DNA of 39,986 bases from a virus. Lineage: Duplodnaviria > Caudoviricetes. The stretch is taken from positions 1 through 39,986 of IMG/VR virus record IMGVR_UViG_3300035227_000053; one strand, 5' to 3'. Below, in pieces: positions 1-7,575 of this stretch. The notes under the pieces were generated by a model. That model had not been told where the DNA came from, did no database searches, and saw nothing but the letters and a program-made list of their open reading frames with translations. Positions within the stretch are counted from its first letter, which is position 1. Each line of letters begins with the position of its first letter. A program made the translations under genes and the position numbers.

Positions 1-202
1 AAAGTTCATTATCCATTATATGGTTAAATCCTTTACCATCTGCATTACGTCTTATTTCTTGTACAATTGAACCAATATCATCACCGTTAAGAGAAGGATC
101 TTGTCCGCAATATAATTGAGGTCCAAATCGGTTGTCATGGGCAAGCCACCAATGTATAGCTGGTGCATGTGCATTTACTGTTTGATATATTCCTATGTTC
201 AT
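1..202 (-). CDS. hypothetical protein, N-terminal part (runs off window edge); paralog of 706..1575
   Basis: Not in the ORF track. Manual translation MNIGIYQTVNAHAPAIHWWLAHDNRFGPQLY... aligns with MDISVYQNNTGSAPAIHWWLSQELNIGPELY. Confidence 0.85.
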   Translation of the reverse strand, partial: MNIGIYQTVNAHAPAIHWWLAHDNRFGPQLYCGQDPSLNGDDIGSIVQEIRRNADGKGFNHIMDNEL

Positions 203-214
203 ATATATATATGC

Positions 215-634
215 TTAACCGTATTGTGGTAAGCCTAAAGATTTACGACCGTTTCCTGTGTTCTTTGCTCCAAATGTATCTTGTTGTGAATCACAATTTG
301 GACATACCAGTTGGAAGTTGCTTTGATCATTGTTAGTAGCATTACCATCTATATGATCACACCACAAAGTAATCGCTTTGCCGTTCCACTCTGTTATACC
401 ACAACAATTACATTTGTTGCCATCGCGTTTAATAACAAATTCTCTAATTAGCCGACGAGGAGTTTTTAATCCTAAATCCTTGCCAGCTAACCAATCATTG
501 TAACGTTGTTCACGTAACGTTTCTTTGCTTTGTAATCTAAATGCTTTATTGCAATCTATACTACAAAATTTTCCTCTTTTATGATGTGGGTTATAATTAA
601 ATTCTATATCACACTGTTGACATTTTCCTAACAT
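215..634 (-). CDS. HNH endonuclease with N-terminal Zn finger (putative free-standing homing endonuclease)
   Basis: CQQC..FCSIDC Zn finger; C-terminal CNCCG...DHIDGN..NN..SN..LVCPNCD HNH motif; SD AAGGAG upstream. Confidence 0.9.
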   Translation of the reverse strand: MLGKCQQCDIEFNYNPHHKRGKFCSIDCNKAFRLQSKETLREQRYNDWLAGKDLGLKTPRRLIREFVIKRDGNKCNCCGITEWNGKAITLWCDHIDGNATNNDQSNFQLVCPNCDSQQDTFGAKNTGNGRKSLGLPQYG

Positions 635-680
635 GGTAGAGCTCCTTTAATTTACATATGTATTTATGACAGTTCTACCA
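634..680 (-). promoter_or_regulatory. RBS/start-codon-sequestering hairpin with a late promoter (CATAAATA, 661-668) in its loop
   Basis: Minus-strand UGGUAGAACU pairs with AGCUCUACCA (9/10), covering the end of the SD and the A of the HNH AUG. Confidence 0.6.
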
Positions 681-696
681 ACTGAGCTACCAAGGA
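672..696 (-). pseudogene. truncated tRNA (5' acceptor strand plus D-arm only)
   Basis: TCCTTGG-TA-GCTCAGTTGGTAGAAC. The 16-mer TAGCTCAGTTGGTAGA is identical to the D-arm of tRNA-Thr at 1673-1748. No anticodon arm, T-arm or CCA follows. Confidence 0.7.
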
Positions 697-702
697 TCAT
701 AT

Positions 703-710
703 TATTTATA
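703..710 (-). promoter_or_regulatory. T4-type late promoter TATAAATA
   Basis: Exact T4 late consensus 6 nt upstream of the tRNA remnant. Confidence 0.55.
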
Positions 711-1575
711 AATATTTTGAAAAAGTGTCCAGGTATAGCTGTTTTTTACGTTTATATAAGTTAGTATAGTCTATTAGAAATTTTTTTAATCTAAAAGAAC
801 CAATAATTTCTGTATAATCTATTATTTGTTCAGAATCATTAAACCAATCATCACCAACTACAATATGACTTACTTCATTATTTGCATAAGAGAATAATGT
901 GTCTGTAAAATCTTCTTTTTGTTTTTTTACTTCAAATAGTCTTACGTGATCATCAGCATCAACTAATGTTATATCATCCTTGCCTTTTTGTAACTGATCC
1001 ATTAAGTCATGATGAGCAAAATTAAGTTGCCACATATATTTCAATTTGTTATCTTTAAAGGCTTGTACAAAATCATTATGATACTTTTCGTTCCAAACAT
1101 CTTCCCAATTTTCAATATTATGTTCATTTGCCCACGACTTAGTTTGTTGGGCAATATCATCAACTGACTCTAACCATGCAAATGCGTATTGACTAATGTA
1201 GAAAAATAATTGCTCTGCTGAACTGTTATCAACAAGAATTGTTTTATCTGCTTTAATAATATTATCTGGATTAAATAAATTACCACTATAATTACTCCAA
1301 ACAAAATAATCAAATTCTTCTTTAACATCATTAAAGGGAGCCATAACATCAATAATGCTTGTTGACTCTTCTAGTAATTTAATTGATTGTTTATGTAGTT
1401 GATGATATTTAGATTGCTCATTTTCAATAACAATGGCACCTACATGATGCCCACTGGGTCTACAATAACCTGTGTTAAAATCATATAATTCAGGACCTAT
1501 GTTAAGTTCCTGTGAAAGCCACCAGTGAATTGCTGGTGCACTTCCTGTGTTATTTTGATATACTGATATGTCCAT
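706..1575 (-). CDS. hypothetical protein (APAIHWWL family)
   Basis: 289-aa ORF with a paralogous N-terminus at 1..202. Confidence 0.85.
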   Translation of the reverse strand: MDISVYQNNTGSAPAIHWWLSQELNIGPELYDFNTGYCRPSGHHVGAIVIENEQSKYHQLHKQSIKLLEESTSIIDVMAPFNDVKEEFDYFVWSNYSGNLFNPDNIIKADKTILVDNSSAEQLFFYISQYAFAWLESVDDIAQQTKSWANEHNIENWEDVWNEKYHNDFVQAFKDNKLKYMWQLNFAHHDLMDQLQKGKDDITLVDADDHVRLFEVKKQKEDFTDTLFSYANNEVSHIVVGDDWFNDSEQIIDYTEIIGSFRLKKFLIDYTNLYKRKKQLYLDTFSKYL

Positions 1576-1588
1576 AGATTATCCTAAA

Positions 1589-1664
1589 TGGTGGAGGATA
1601 TCAGGATCGAACTGACGACCTCCTGGATGCAAACCAGGCGCTCTCCCATCTGAGCTAATCCCCC
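1589..1664 (-). tRNA. tRNA-Ala(UGC)
   Basis: GGGGGATTAGCTCAGATGGGAGAGCGCCTGGTTTGCATCCAGGAGGTCGTCAGTTCGATCCTGATATCCTCCACCA: full cloverleaf, G3:U70, encoded CCA. Confidence 0.97.
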
Positions 1665-1672
1665 ACGTTACG

Positions 1673-1748
1673 TGGTGCCGGCAGAATGATTTGAACACTC
1701 GACCTCCTGATTACAAATCAGATGCTCTACCAACTGAGCTATACCGGC
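1673..1748 (-). tRNA. tRNA-Thr(UGU)
   Basis: GCCGGTATAGCTCAGTTGGTAGAGCATCTGATTTGTAATCAGGAGGTCGAGTGTTCAAATCATTCTGCCGGCACCA: full cloverleaf, encoded CCA. Confidence 0.97.
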
Positions 1749-1756
1749 TACTGTAT

Positions 1757-1764
1757 TATTTATC
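1757..1764 (-). promoter_or_regulatory. late-type promoter GATAAATA for the tRNA pair
   Basis: NATAAATA motif 8 nt upstream of tRNA-Thr; the motif recurs before other late genes. Confidence 0.55.
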
Positions 1765-1939
1765 AGGCCGCTTGAACTTGCTCGTTAACTCGTTCTACAG
1801 CTAATAGCACATCTTGGCCTAACATAGGTTGCATATCAATAAAGGGGTCAATAATACCCTCATCTTCTTCTGACCAATCTCGATGTTTCATGTAATTCTC
1901 AAACATCTCGAAACGCTCATCTTCGGTTTCATGCCCCAT
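1763..1939 (-). CDS. small acidic hypothetical protein (58 aa)
   Basis: Missing from the ORF track. MGHETEDERFEMFENYMKHRDWSEEDEGIIDPF...QVQAA*; TAATG overlap with the upstream gene. Confidence 0.7.
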   Translation of the reverse strand: MGHETEDERFEMFENYMKHRDWSEEDEGIIDPFIDMQPMLGQDVLLAVERVNEQVQAA

Positions 1940-2220
1940 TATTGTAACTCTGGGAACATCTGCTTTACATAGTTTCTTACAATGACTTTAGTATCATTAT
2001 CAACAGATTCAATAGAAATAGATTGTATTCCTTTTTGTTTTACTTCTTCTTTCGCTAATTGTAACAATTCGCGTTTATTAAGTTTTTGTATCTGTGTCAA
2101 ATCAACGGCGTTATGTGCAAGAGCACTAAGTACGTAATTACTAACATCAAGTTCACTCATAGGAACCTCAATCTTAGCCTTTATACGTTTTATTCCATCT
2201 TTATATTCTGTTGCTCTCAT
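1939..2220 (-). CDS. hypothetical protein
   Basis: 93-aa ORF downstream of a sigma70-like promoter. Confidence 0.8.
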   Translation of the reverse strand: MRATEYKDGIKRIKAKIEVPMSELDVSNYVLSALAHNAVDLTQIQKLNKRELLQLAKEEVKQKGIQSISIESVDNDTKVIVRNYVKQMFPELQ

Positions 2221-2278
2221 TTTTATACCATAATTATATAATTAATTAATTTGATAAGATTTTACTCTTATTAGTAAT

Positions 2279-2307
2279 ACTATACTACTAAGATGAGGTT
2301 TTGTCAA
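2279..2307 (-). promoter_or_regulatory. sigma70-like promoter
   Basis: TTGACA-N17-TATAGT. Confidence 0.7.
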
Positions 2308-2342
2308 CCAAGAAATACCGGTTTTTTTATAAAATATGCTAA

Positions 2343-3887
2343 TTATGAAGCAGAAAGAACAAAACTGCTGTTAAAAGGCGTATATAGTAGCTTATTGGGT
2401 GCATCTAACAGTGATCTATTATCGTTATAGTCAATACCGGAAGAAGTACTATGTAACACGTCATTTGGTGCTAAATTCGTCATTTTTTGCTGTAATTGTG
2501 CTGTAGTTAGGTGTGGATTTAGTTGTAAAATAGTTGCTCCTAAGCCACAAACCTGTGGGCTAGCCATACTAGTACCCGAAATACTTCCTTGCCTAAATGA
2601 TGAGTCTAAATAATAATCAGCGTCGTTATGTCCATTTGTATCACTAAATGCACTTCTAATATTACTTCCTGGAGCCCATATTGTAACACCTGGACCTCTT
2701 GTACTAAAACTACTAATTCTATCTAAACCACCAGTATGTGTAGCAGAATCTACACTACCTACCATAAATGCTCCATCGCTGTATGGTGAACTACCTCTAT
2801 GATAATTTCTAGTAGTAGATGAATACGTTAATGTATTATCATAGTCTGTTCCAGTACTTACATCCACTTTAAAACTATTATTACCAGCGGCAATACATAC
2901 ATGTACTCCAGCCGCTATCATTTCTTCTACATCAGAGTCTACACTTGCCACTCTTACTGGAACTCGAAAATTTCCCCAGACTAGATAAGGAAAAAATCCA
3001 TACGTTTCAGACATATACGCATTACTTTCATTCCATTGTGTATCATTATTTTCATCATATGTTGTTCCTCTATAATTAATACTTGTTATATTATCAAATG
3101 AATTACCAATAGATGTACTATATCCCCAACTCATATTAACTATAGTTGGTCTACCATTTGTTTTATTATTGTGCCATTCTTTGATAACATCAAAACAGTT
3201 GCTAATAGGAATACCGCCACTATCGCCACTACCTTCGAGACCACCTACTTTAACAGAATAAATTCTAGCATTTTTGGCCCATCCATAAGTTAATCCTGTC
3301 GCTGTTCCAGCAACATGTGTACCGTGTCCATTAAAATCTCTATAATGATTGGCACTTTGCGTTCCAGTTAATCCACTTTCGTCATACCAATCTATTTCTT
3401 GTACTCTACTAACACCATCCGCATCTTCAAATTCTGGATGATCTACTTGTAATCCTGAATCTTGTATTACTACATCAACACCTGTACCATCTAATGTATA
3501 TGTAAAATCCCCGCCTGGATCAATATTACTTGTACCATATGGATTTGTGCTTTCCATACATCTACGCATACCCCAATTAAGCTGACTCCCACTATCAGAT
3601 GTAGTTTTTGTAAAATTTCCAGATTGAGATGCTAAAAATCCAATTTCAATATCATCTCGTTGATCGGGTGGTATTTCTACATCACGTACTCTAGGGTCGT
3701 TTTTTAGTTGTTCTGCTTCTTGATCTGTTAATGAGTAGTGTGTGCTTCGTTGACTACCTGGTCTAGGATTGGCTACGTCAACTACTCTATTTGGAATAAC
3801 ACCTGCACCCGTGTTATCAATCATTTCTTGATTGAATTGAGCAAAATCTATATCAGGGTTTAAAACAACAATGTATTCTTTTTCCAT
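2343..3887 (-). CDS. subtilisin-family (S8) serine peptidase with N-terminal propeptide
   Basis: Triad motifs VVIQDSG, HGTHVAG, GTSMASP and oxyanion AAGN. Start moved to MEKEYIVV at 3887 (TAATG overlap). Confidence 0.93.
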   Translation of the reverse strand: MEKEYIVVLNPDIDFAQFNQEMIDNTGAGVIPNRVVDVANPRPGSQRSTHYSLTDQEAEQLKNDPRVRDVEIPPDQRDDIEIGFLASQSGNFTKTTSDSGSQLNWGMRRCMESTNPYGTSNIDPGGDFTYTLDGTGVDVVIQDSGLQVDHPEFEDADGVSRVQEIDWYDESGLTGTQSANHYRDFNGHGTHVAGTATGLTYGWAKNARIYSVKVGGLEGSGDSGGIPISNCFDVIKEWHNNKTNGRPTIVNMSWGYSTSIGNSFDNITSINYRGTTYDENNDTQWNESNAYMSETYGFFPYLVWGNFRVPVRVASVDSDVEEMIAAGVHVCIAAGNNSFKVDVSTGTDYDNTLTYSSTTRNYHRGSSPYSDGAFMVGSVDSATHTGGLDRISSFSTRGPGVTIWAPGSNIRSAFSDTNGHNDADYYLDSSFRQGSISGTSMASPQVCGLGATILQLNPHLTTAQLQQKMTNLAPNDVLHSTSSGIDYNDNRSLLDAPNKLLYTPFNSSFVLSAS

Positions 3888-5596
3888 TAATGTAGATCCG
3901 CCCATGCTCCGTTTGCGTAGCCTTGGAATTTATTAGTAGTTGTATTATAAATCATATCTCCATTTTCTGCCAATGAAAGTGCATTACGCTCTGTTGTAGT
4001 CATTGTAGCAAGTTTGAATGGAGTAAGTCCTGTTATTTTTACTCTGTCTGTTGCAGTTAATGATAAATCATTTCCACTTGCGAGTGTTATACTGCCTGTG
4101 CCTGTTACTGTTAAATTTGTTGTTGTTATACCTGTAAATGTTGGACTAGCAGTAGCATAAGGTTGCATAGCTGTAATCGATGCTGTATTAGTTGTAATTA
4201 ACGCTGAATTTGTATCAATATTTCCTTGAAGTGTTGCATCTGCTATAGCGAACTCTGTACGTATTACTGCACGATCTGTTGTTGCTGTAGTATCTGCCGC
4301 TGTAAACGCAGTTGTTACTACTGCATCTGCCGCACCGAATGCAGTTGTTACTACTGCATCTGCTGCACCGAATGCAGTTGTTACTACTGCATCTGCCGCC
4401 TGCATTTGTGCTGTAGTAGAATATCCACTTAAATCAGCACTACCACTTGATGTAGTTGTTGTACCACCACTTCCTAGATTTGTTGTACTTGCTGGTGGAC
4501 TACTTACTACTGCACCACTTTCTGATAATCCTGTTACACCAGGCTGTACTATGTTTTCTGCTGGGCCACCGCTACTAACTCCTTGTACTGTTTGTATACT
4601 TCTTTCAGTATAGCCAGTTATTCTGTTGCAGTGATCATATACTGGTTCTCTTTCTCCTAATGGAACTGTAGGTGAACCATCATTTTCTAATTGTGCTAAC
4701 ATCTCAGGTTCTAACAAATAAGCAAAAATATTATTACCGTTAGCATCTACTTCATAACCTTTTAAACTGTTAAATAATGCCTGCAAACTGCCTGCATACA
4801 TTTGACTTTGTGCTAGTGTCATACTACCTATGTCAATTGCTACACCAACACCAGTGTTTATTCTTAAACTAGGAGAAAATATACTACCGCCAACACTATC
4901 AGATCCTTTAAAATTATTTTCAAATGTCATAAGATTTGTAATATCTGATTTAAATGCATTTAAGTCATTAATAATACTTTGTTTTACTTCCGCTGGCATA
5001 CCAAGTAAATTACCAATGTTGTCTCCTAATTGTTTTAATAATCCACCTGTAAATGCATCTGGTCTAAATCCGCTAGAACCAATACATCCACCTATTTCAC
5101 TGTCAGCCATAGTTCCTAGTGTGTCAAGTATATCTTTACCTGCGCCTGTGAAACTACCCATTGCGTCTCTAACAACATTTGGTATGGCTTTTGGTACTAC
5201 TGGTGTTCCACAAAAATTAATCATATTTGCAATAGCGGCAAATTCTGCTACTGCGGCATTTAGTCTTGCTAGTACATTATCAATGTTAGTATGTGAAATA
5301 AAATCGTCGAGGGCTTTTTCAGCTTCTTCAAGTGCTTCTTTTAAATCTTCTAAGCCTGCAGGAATCTCTGGTATTAATCTACCTAAGTTTACTTTTAAAC
5401 ATATCTGTAAGTTTGGAAGTTTTATGCCATTTCCGGCTAATAGCATACATATAATTTCTTTTAGGCTATATGAATGAGTTTGAGCGATTACAGTGCCTGT
5501 TTTAGCGTCTACTATAACTTCACCTGTAGGTATATCTACCTTAGTGGCGTTAAGGTATTCACTTGCATCTTTAATACCGTCTGTGAAATCACTCAT
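3887..5596 (-). CDS. putative virion structural protein (baseplate/fibre-like C-terminus)
   Basis: Follows PAAR; has an Ala/Thr repeat stalk and a C-terminal TTTERNAL...GDMIYNTTTNKFQGY...W motif typical of phage fibre proteins. Confidence 0.6.
   Translation of the reverse strand: MSDFTDGIKDASEYLNATKVDIPTGEVIVDAKTGTVIAQTHSYSLKEIICMLLAGNGIKLPNLQICLKVNLGRLIPEIPAGLEDLKEALEEAEKALDDFISHTNIDNVLARLNAAVAEFAAIANMINFCGTPVVPKAIPNVVRDAMGSFTGAGKDILDTLGTMADSEIGGCIGSSGFRPDAFTGGLLKQLGDNIGNLLGMPAEVKQSIINDLNAFKSDITNLMTFENNFKGSDSVGGSIFSPSLRINTGVGVAIDIGSMTLAQSQMYAGSLQALFNSLKGYEVDANGNNIFAYLLEPEMLAQLENDGSPTVPLGEREPVYDHCNRITGYTERSIQTVQGVSSGGPAENIVQPGVTGLSESGAVVSSPPASTTNLGSGGTTTTSSGSADLSGYSTTAQMQAADAVVTTAFGAADAVVTTAFGAADAVVTTAFTAADTTATTDRAVIRTEFAIADATLQGNIDTNSALITTNTASITAMQPYATASPTFTGITTTNLTVTGTGSITLASGNDLSLTATDRVKITGLTPFKLATMTTTERNALSLAENGDMIYNTTTNKFQGYANGAWADLH
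4301..4399 (-). repeat. 33-bp in-frame tandem repeat x3 (AADAVVTTAFG)
   Basis: Near-identical units gcagttgttactactgcatctgc(c/t)gcaccgaat. Confidence 0.9.
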
Positions 5597-5597
5597 G

Positions 5598-5888
5598 TTA
5601 TTGACCTATATATACATTAGGGCTACCTGAGGTAGCATCTGGACCACAATGTGGGCCTCCTGGAATAGGACATAAGTTGTCTGGTTTGGCTGAATTGCCG
5701 TTTAGCACTACTAACTTACCACCTACATATACATTTCTGCATTGTGCTGATAAGGCACCATCGCCATGGTTGTTTGGATCACCATTAACGCTGATTGGTT
5801 GACTGTTTACATACACGTTTTTGTGTGCTGATGCTATTGTTACTGCACCGCACTTACGTGAATCATTATTTCTATGAACCTGTGGCAC
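5598..5888 (-). CDS. PAAR-like spike tip protein (T4 gp5.4-like)
   Basis: 96 aa with repeated NVYVN/NVYVG/GSPNVYIG strands and Cys/His metal ligands. Confidence 0.8.
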   Translation of the reverse strand: MPQVHRNNDSRKCGAVTIASAHKNVYVNSQPISVNGDPNNHGDGALSAQCRNVYVGGKLVVLNGNSAKPDNLCPIPGGPHCGPDATSGSPNVYIGQ

Positions 5889-6177
5889 TTGCTATTGCTA
5901 TTCCTGTACTTTGTTTAATATACATATCACTAGCATCTTTTGCTGATTTAACTATGCATATAACATTATTTATCTTCAGCCTTATCTTAGCTTCTGGATT
6001 AACTGTAAACATGTACGGTGCAAGTGCAACGCCCTTTTGTGCTGCGACTAAGATATAAGGTTTAAGAACTGTGATGTCATCACCTTCTTCTTTATCTAAT
6101 CGTGCAATCATTTCTTCTCCTGATGAAAGTTTTATACTTATTATATCACCAGATTTATATTGTTCTTCTATTAACAT
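5872..6177 (-). CDS. conserved phage hypothetical protein (possible Sm-like fold)
   Basis: IISIKLSSGEEMIAR N-terminal motif common in T4-like phages. Confidence 0.65.
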   Translation of the reverse strand: MLIEEQYKSGDIISIKLSSGEEMIARLDKEEGDDITVLKPYILVAAQKGVALAPYMFTVNPEAKIRLKINNVICIVKSAKDASDMYIKQSTGIAIASATGS

Positions 6178-6201
6178 ATTGTCCTCCTATTTAAATTAAT
6201 A

Positions 6202-6435
6202 CTATGCCATTGGCGTTTCTTCAATGTATTGAATTAGTTGCTCGTATCCGCCTATTTTATCATCATTGACAATAATTTGTGGGAACGTCCTTGCTCCCGG
6301 AAATGTTTTAATAATGTCTTCTCTTGTAAAATCCTTATCAAGTTGTTTATACTTGTACTTGTATCCCCTTGTTTCGCATAATTGTTTTGCTGCATCACAA
6401 AAACCGCATGCTGTTTTTCCATAAATTGTAATCAT
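6202..6435 (-). CDS. nrdC: glutaredoxin
   Basis: CGFC active site, TFPQI and IGGY motifs; adjacent to nrdB. Confidence 0.92.
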   Translation of the reverse strand: MITIYGKTACGFCDAAKQLCETRGYKYKYKQLDKDFTREDIIKTFPGARTFPQIIVNDDKIGGYEQLIQYIEETPMA

Positions 6436-7559
6436 AAACTTAATCCTGTAAATGTATCTTCTGATACGTCTTTTTTAACACCACCAACAACATATGAACT
6501 AATTTCTGTTTCTTGTGGTGCTACTTGTACTTCTTTGCCACTAATCCATTTTTGTGTCCATGGGAGTGGATTGGCTTGTGGGGTTGTATAAGGACATTTT
6601 ATGCCCAGTGATACCATACGCTTACAGCAAATCCATTCAATGTAGTCACATAGCAATTGTGCATTTAAACCAATCATAGATCCATCTTGAAACAAATAAT
6701 CTGCCCACTTCTTTTCTTGTTCTACTGCTGAAACAAACATATCACTAACATCTTGTTTGCATTCTTCTGCAATTTTTTTAAAATCTTTATCTTCTTTAGT
6801 TAATACTTTTGTCAATAGATACTGTGTACTTGCCAAATGCAAGTTTTCATCACGTGCAATGAATTTAATAATTTTAGCATTACCTTCCATTTTCTTTAGT
6901 TCAGCAAATGCCCAACTACATGCAAAACTTACATAAAAACGAACACCTTCTAATATATTAACACTATTAAGACACATCCAAATCTTTTTCTTTAACTCAT
7001 ATTTATTAATAGTAATTTTCTTTCCATTAATAGTATGTGTGCCTGTGCCTAGTAATTGATAGTGCATACTATATTCATTTAAATCATCATAATATCTGGA
7101 AATATCATCCGCACACTCCATAATTTCTTTGCTATCTGATAGTTCATCAAAAACTGTAGTTGGATTAGCATAAATGTTACGAATAATATGTGTATAACTG
7201 CGTGAATGTATTGTTTCACTAAATGTCCATGTTAGAATCCAGTTTTCTAATTCTGGTAAACTTACAATAGGACTAAACACTTCTACTGGTGCTCTACCTT
7301 GTACACTGTCGAGTAGAATTTGACGCTTTAAATTACTAGTAAAGATATGTTGTTCATGTTTAGTAAGATCTTTAAAATCTTTTGAATCTTTACTTACATC
7401 AATTTCATCTGGTCGCCAAAAGAAACCTAATTGTTTCTCAGTCAATTTGTCAAACTGTTTATATTTTACAGTATCATATCTTTGAAAACCTAAAGACCCA
7501 TCTAAAAATGCATTTGCTTCTGTATGGTATTTGTCAGTTTTTACATTTAAAATTGTCAT
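6432..7559 (-). CDS. nrdB: ribonucleotide reductase class Ia beta subunit
   Basis: FFWRPDE, ETIHSRSYTH, LEGVRFYVSF, RDENLH and QVAPQETEISSY motifs. Confidence 0.97.
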   Translation of the reverse strand: MTILNVKTDKYHTEANAFLDGSLGFQRYDTVKYKQFDKLTEKQLGFFWRPDEIDVSKDSKDFKDLTKHEQHIFTSNLKRQILLDSVQGRAPVEVFSPIVSLPELENWILTWTFSETIHSRSYTHIIRNIYANPTTVFDELSDSKEIMECADDISRYYDDLNEYSMHYQLLGTGTHTINGKKITINKYELKKKIWMCLNSVNILEGVRFYVSFACSWAFAELKKMEGNAKIIKFIARDENLHLASTQYLLTKVLTKEDKDFKKIAEECKQDVSDMFVSAVEQEKKWADYLFQDGSMIGLNAQLLCDYIEWICCKRMVSLGIKCPYTTPQANPLPWTQKWISGKEVQVAPQETEISSYVVGGVKKDVSEDTFTGLSL

Positions 7560-7575
7560 TCATGATTTTCCTTAA

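Noticed and set aside
180-215. 3' half of the split tRNA (which would make the HNH an intron-encoded ORF)
   Set aside because: No T-arm, CCA or group I intron core is visible after the HNH stop; only a (TA)6 run precedes the next gene.
4301-4399. Repeat considered as a CRISPR array
   Set aside because: Contiguous in-frame units with no unique spacers and no cas operon. The Cas4-like nuclease at 10915 is a common stand-alone phage exonuclease.
4226-4432. Cys-rich ORFs here and at 32868..33179 resembling metallothioneins
   Set aside because: Artefacts of reading Ala/Thr/Pro codon repeats on the opposite strand.
4830-5477. 215-aa plus-strand ORF and similar antisense ORFs (e.g. 16343..16843, 17019..17501, 21063..21455, 25967..26428, 29856..30290)
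   Set aside because: They lie antisense to well-supported minus-strand genes and have Ser/Ile/Phe-rich shadow composition with no recognisable motifs.
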